From Zygnema circumcarinatum SAG 698-1b (lineage: Eukaryota > Plantae > Zygnematophyceae): DNA of 64,000 bases. The position numbers and the translations under genes were made by a program. Each line of letters starts with the position of its first letter. Position 1 is the stretch's first letter. A model generated the notes under the pieces. The model saw nothing but the letters and a program-made list of their open reading frames with translations. It searched no databases and was not told where the DNA came from. The stretch lies in contig CM074806.1 of assembly GCA_037447605.1 (NCBI GenBank), positions 4,650,001 to 4,714,000 on the forward strand. The letters are read 5' to 3'. Positions 61,152 to 64,000 of this stretch are shown one piece after another.

Positions 61152-63750
61152 ATGGCGGCACAGAGGTTTGCCGTGAATGCCCGCGTCTGGTTCCCCAGCA
61201 AGGAGGAAGTGTGGACGGAGGGTTCGGTCGTCAGTCAGACTGGCGAAAGTGTGGTCATCAAAATAGTTCCTTCTGAACCACCGGTGTGTTCTCCAATGCA
61301 ATACAATCAGCTCCACGGCTTGCCGTTTTCTTGATTATACACCTCTCTACCCAGGCGCTTTGCTACAGAAGATTGCGGTATTGTAACTGTGCAATGTTAT
61401 CCCTTTGGTATGCATGGCAAATACTGTCCGTGACAGATAAACATGAAATAAAATGAATGGACTAAGCTGAGGTGTATTGCCTCGAGTGCATCACGCTTCT
61501 AGGTAAGAGTATACTCATCCGCACAGGATGCGTTTTGATGTACATCTGCACTCTCCATCCCTCCTCCTCATCGTCGCTCGTTTCCGAGTTGATCAGGTGA
61601 CGGTCCAAGCGAGCAAATGCTTCGCAAAGGAAGACGACAGCGGTTCAGTGGACGACATGACAAAGCTCTCACACTTGCACGAGCCTGGGGTGCTTCACAA
61701 TCTCTATAAGCGCTACGTTGGCAACCAAATTTATGTGAGTAATAGCAGCTACAAGAGCAACATACCTGCTTCTGCAGGGGAAGATATTAAAAAAGCACCC
61801 CTATACACGCGAAAAACTGGAGATTTAGAAATTGTTTATTTTCAGTTTTTGATAGACCGATTTATTGAATTGAATTGAATTGAATTAAACTAAAAAAATG
61901 TCTTGGAATTCTACTTGTTTGAACGTTTAATTTAAACTATTAAGAAAGGAAAACCCCTAAGTGGCTCCAAAGCAGCGTTTAGATTATATCGCCAATTAAT
62001 CATGTCAACAATTGGTGAATTTGAATAGTTTTTTCGTCTGGGTTCTTAGAATTAAAAATTCCATTCGCCTTGGTCTTACTTTACTTTCTGGAAGGAAATT
62101 AATCTTTAGGCTTTGACCGTACGAAGTGCAACCCACTTATAAGTCACAATACGGCACTGCAAACTACGTAGCCATCTCGCATCGACTGATTTATTATAGA
62201 AATGGGACCAGTCCAATGCAGAAACGTCCTGACCTAAATCTATATTTTCTAGGAAAGGGCTGAAGAACGCAAATCTGACAGCCAAAATTTGTATTTGTGA
62301 GTTGGCTTAGACATATACTGGAAGCATTCTCATTGCCGTCAACCCCTTCACCATCCTGCCGGGCCTTTACGACGATGACATGAAGGTTCAGTATAAAGGG
62401 GCTCGTTTTGGGGAACTCTCACCCCATGTCTTCGCTGTAGCTGATAATGCCTACAGGTGAGCTTGAACTGCTAAGATATGGAATCCCATTTTTTTTTACT
62501 TTGCGAGCATCTGGAAGAGGGGTTTTGCTGTACAGTTGTTCAGAAGGAAATTCAATACAGAGTTCTGAACGCAACATAATAGCTGAACTTCTCATGCATT
62601 CATGGTTTCTTACGGCAATATTATGGAGGAATTCATCACGAATGCAGGGCCATGATCCGGCGAAAATGCAGCCAGTCCATTTTGATTAGCGGGGAGTCTG
62701 GTGCTGGAAAAACGGAGACCACAAAACTTGTCATGGAATATGTTGCCGAGCTGAGTGGCAGAACTGAAGACGAGCGCAGCGTGGAGTCCCGAGTCCTTGA
62801 GGTGCGGAGCCGTTTGAGTAGCTGTTTTGGTCCAAAAGTGTTGTCTTTGAGCCCATGAGGTGTCGCAAGTCAGTCGAATCTATTATGTACGCTGTTCATT
62901 TTCGATCTTGTGGCTACTTTTCTTGCTGCGTTTTTTGTACATGAGGGTGCCTGTTTTCCCTGCTTTAGAATTTGCCATGTCATATTGGTCCATGTGCATT
63001 TTAGGTGAGAAAACGTGTAGCACAACAACTCTCATGTTACCCAGGGTTATTGTGACGAGAATGGCTTTGTGGTCATGGAGCAGTTATATTTGAGCTGAAA
63101 TTAATTTGTAAATAAAACAGTATTGTCTTACAAGTTGTCGTGTTTTTTTTCACAGTCAAATCCAATCCTCGAGGCCTTTGGAAATGCGAAGACTGTCAGA
63201 AACCACAATTCCAGGTAGGGCATCGTTTACTGATATCCTTAGGATGTCGCCTGCCGTACTTGCATCTTGTATTACCGAATGTGTATTGTCGGCAACCTTT
63301 TGCCTGCTTACCTGTCTGTTTCAATAAAACAAACATCAAGCAACCATGCGGAGTGCCATTGAGATGGGTGAATTGTTTTTCATGCTGGAAGATTCCTGTT
63401 GGTGTTCGCGGGTCTACCTGTTTGTTTAGCATGCCAGGAAGGAATATGCGTAGCTTTCGGTGCTATTGCAGTAGCGCCTGCTTGACTTCTTCTTGCCCAG
63501 GAGGAGACGAAGCCAATTTTTTTTTTTTTTTTTTTGTTCTTCAACTGTTAAATACGCTGACTTGAATGACGTTTTCGATACATGCAGCCGATTCGGAAAG
63601 TTTGTTCAGATTCTGTTCAGCGAGGATGGAAAGGTTTCAGGAGCAGTGGTGAAGGCATATCTGCTGGAAAAGTCACGAGTAGTGCAAATTAGAGACCCAG
63701 AACGCAATTATCACTGTTTCTACCAACTCTGCGCAGGAGCTACTCCAGAG
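61152..63750 (+). CDS. Class XI myosin, 5' part (continues beyond the window)
   Basis: Exons 61152-61283, 61597-61734, 62311-62456, 62648-62801, 63156-63214, 63588-63750. SH3-like N-terminus, [29 protein letters not shown]-loop [40 protein letters not shown]. Exact start codon uncertain. Confidence 0.92.
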
Positions 63751-64000
63751 GTTGGCTCCATGTCTGCTCCATTGGTGTATTATGTCTGGGAAGAAGCCAT
63801 CCTGTTTCTTTCTACGAGTTACCATATCTTTTTTAGATGGGCATGACTGGAAGGCAATCGCCCTGCTCGTTTCTCTACAGTGTATTTGTTCAGGTTTCAG
63901 GCTCTGAATGAGGTCTGGATAAGATATGTGTAGTCCTGGGCATGCATTCCACTTAAGACAGTGCTAAAATGCCTAATCACGTGATGCAAAATGCCAATGA

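Overview
Eukaryotic, intron-rich streptophyte (green plant lineage, probably algal or bryophyte-grade) genomic window. Left arm (1-21.6 kb): 3' part of an SLC22/OCT-type MFS transporter (+) with an interstitial (TTAGGG)14 array in an intron, a complete STN7 state-transition kinase (-), and RPS3 (-) head-to-head with PEX19 (+). Centre (21,662-56,430): one Ty3/gypsy chromovirus bounded by two LTRs and a perfect TCTGC target-site duplication, inflated to 34.8 kb by nested elements. These are a second chromovirus remnant, three related Ty1/copia families (one a Gag-protease-only tandem array, one a tandem dimer bounded by a single GAAGG TSD), and a 450-bp TRIM whose 130-bp LTRs are built around a tRNA-derived A-box/B-box unit and share att/PBS/PPT termini with the enclosing chromovirus. 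Right arm: a separate gypsy PR-RT fragment and the 5' part of a myosin XI gene. Much of the nested TE sequence is indel-noisy and there are N gaps, so some copy number and pseudogene calls may be assembly artefacts. All calls were made by eye, with no database searches.
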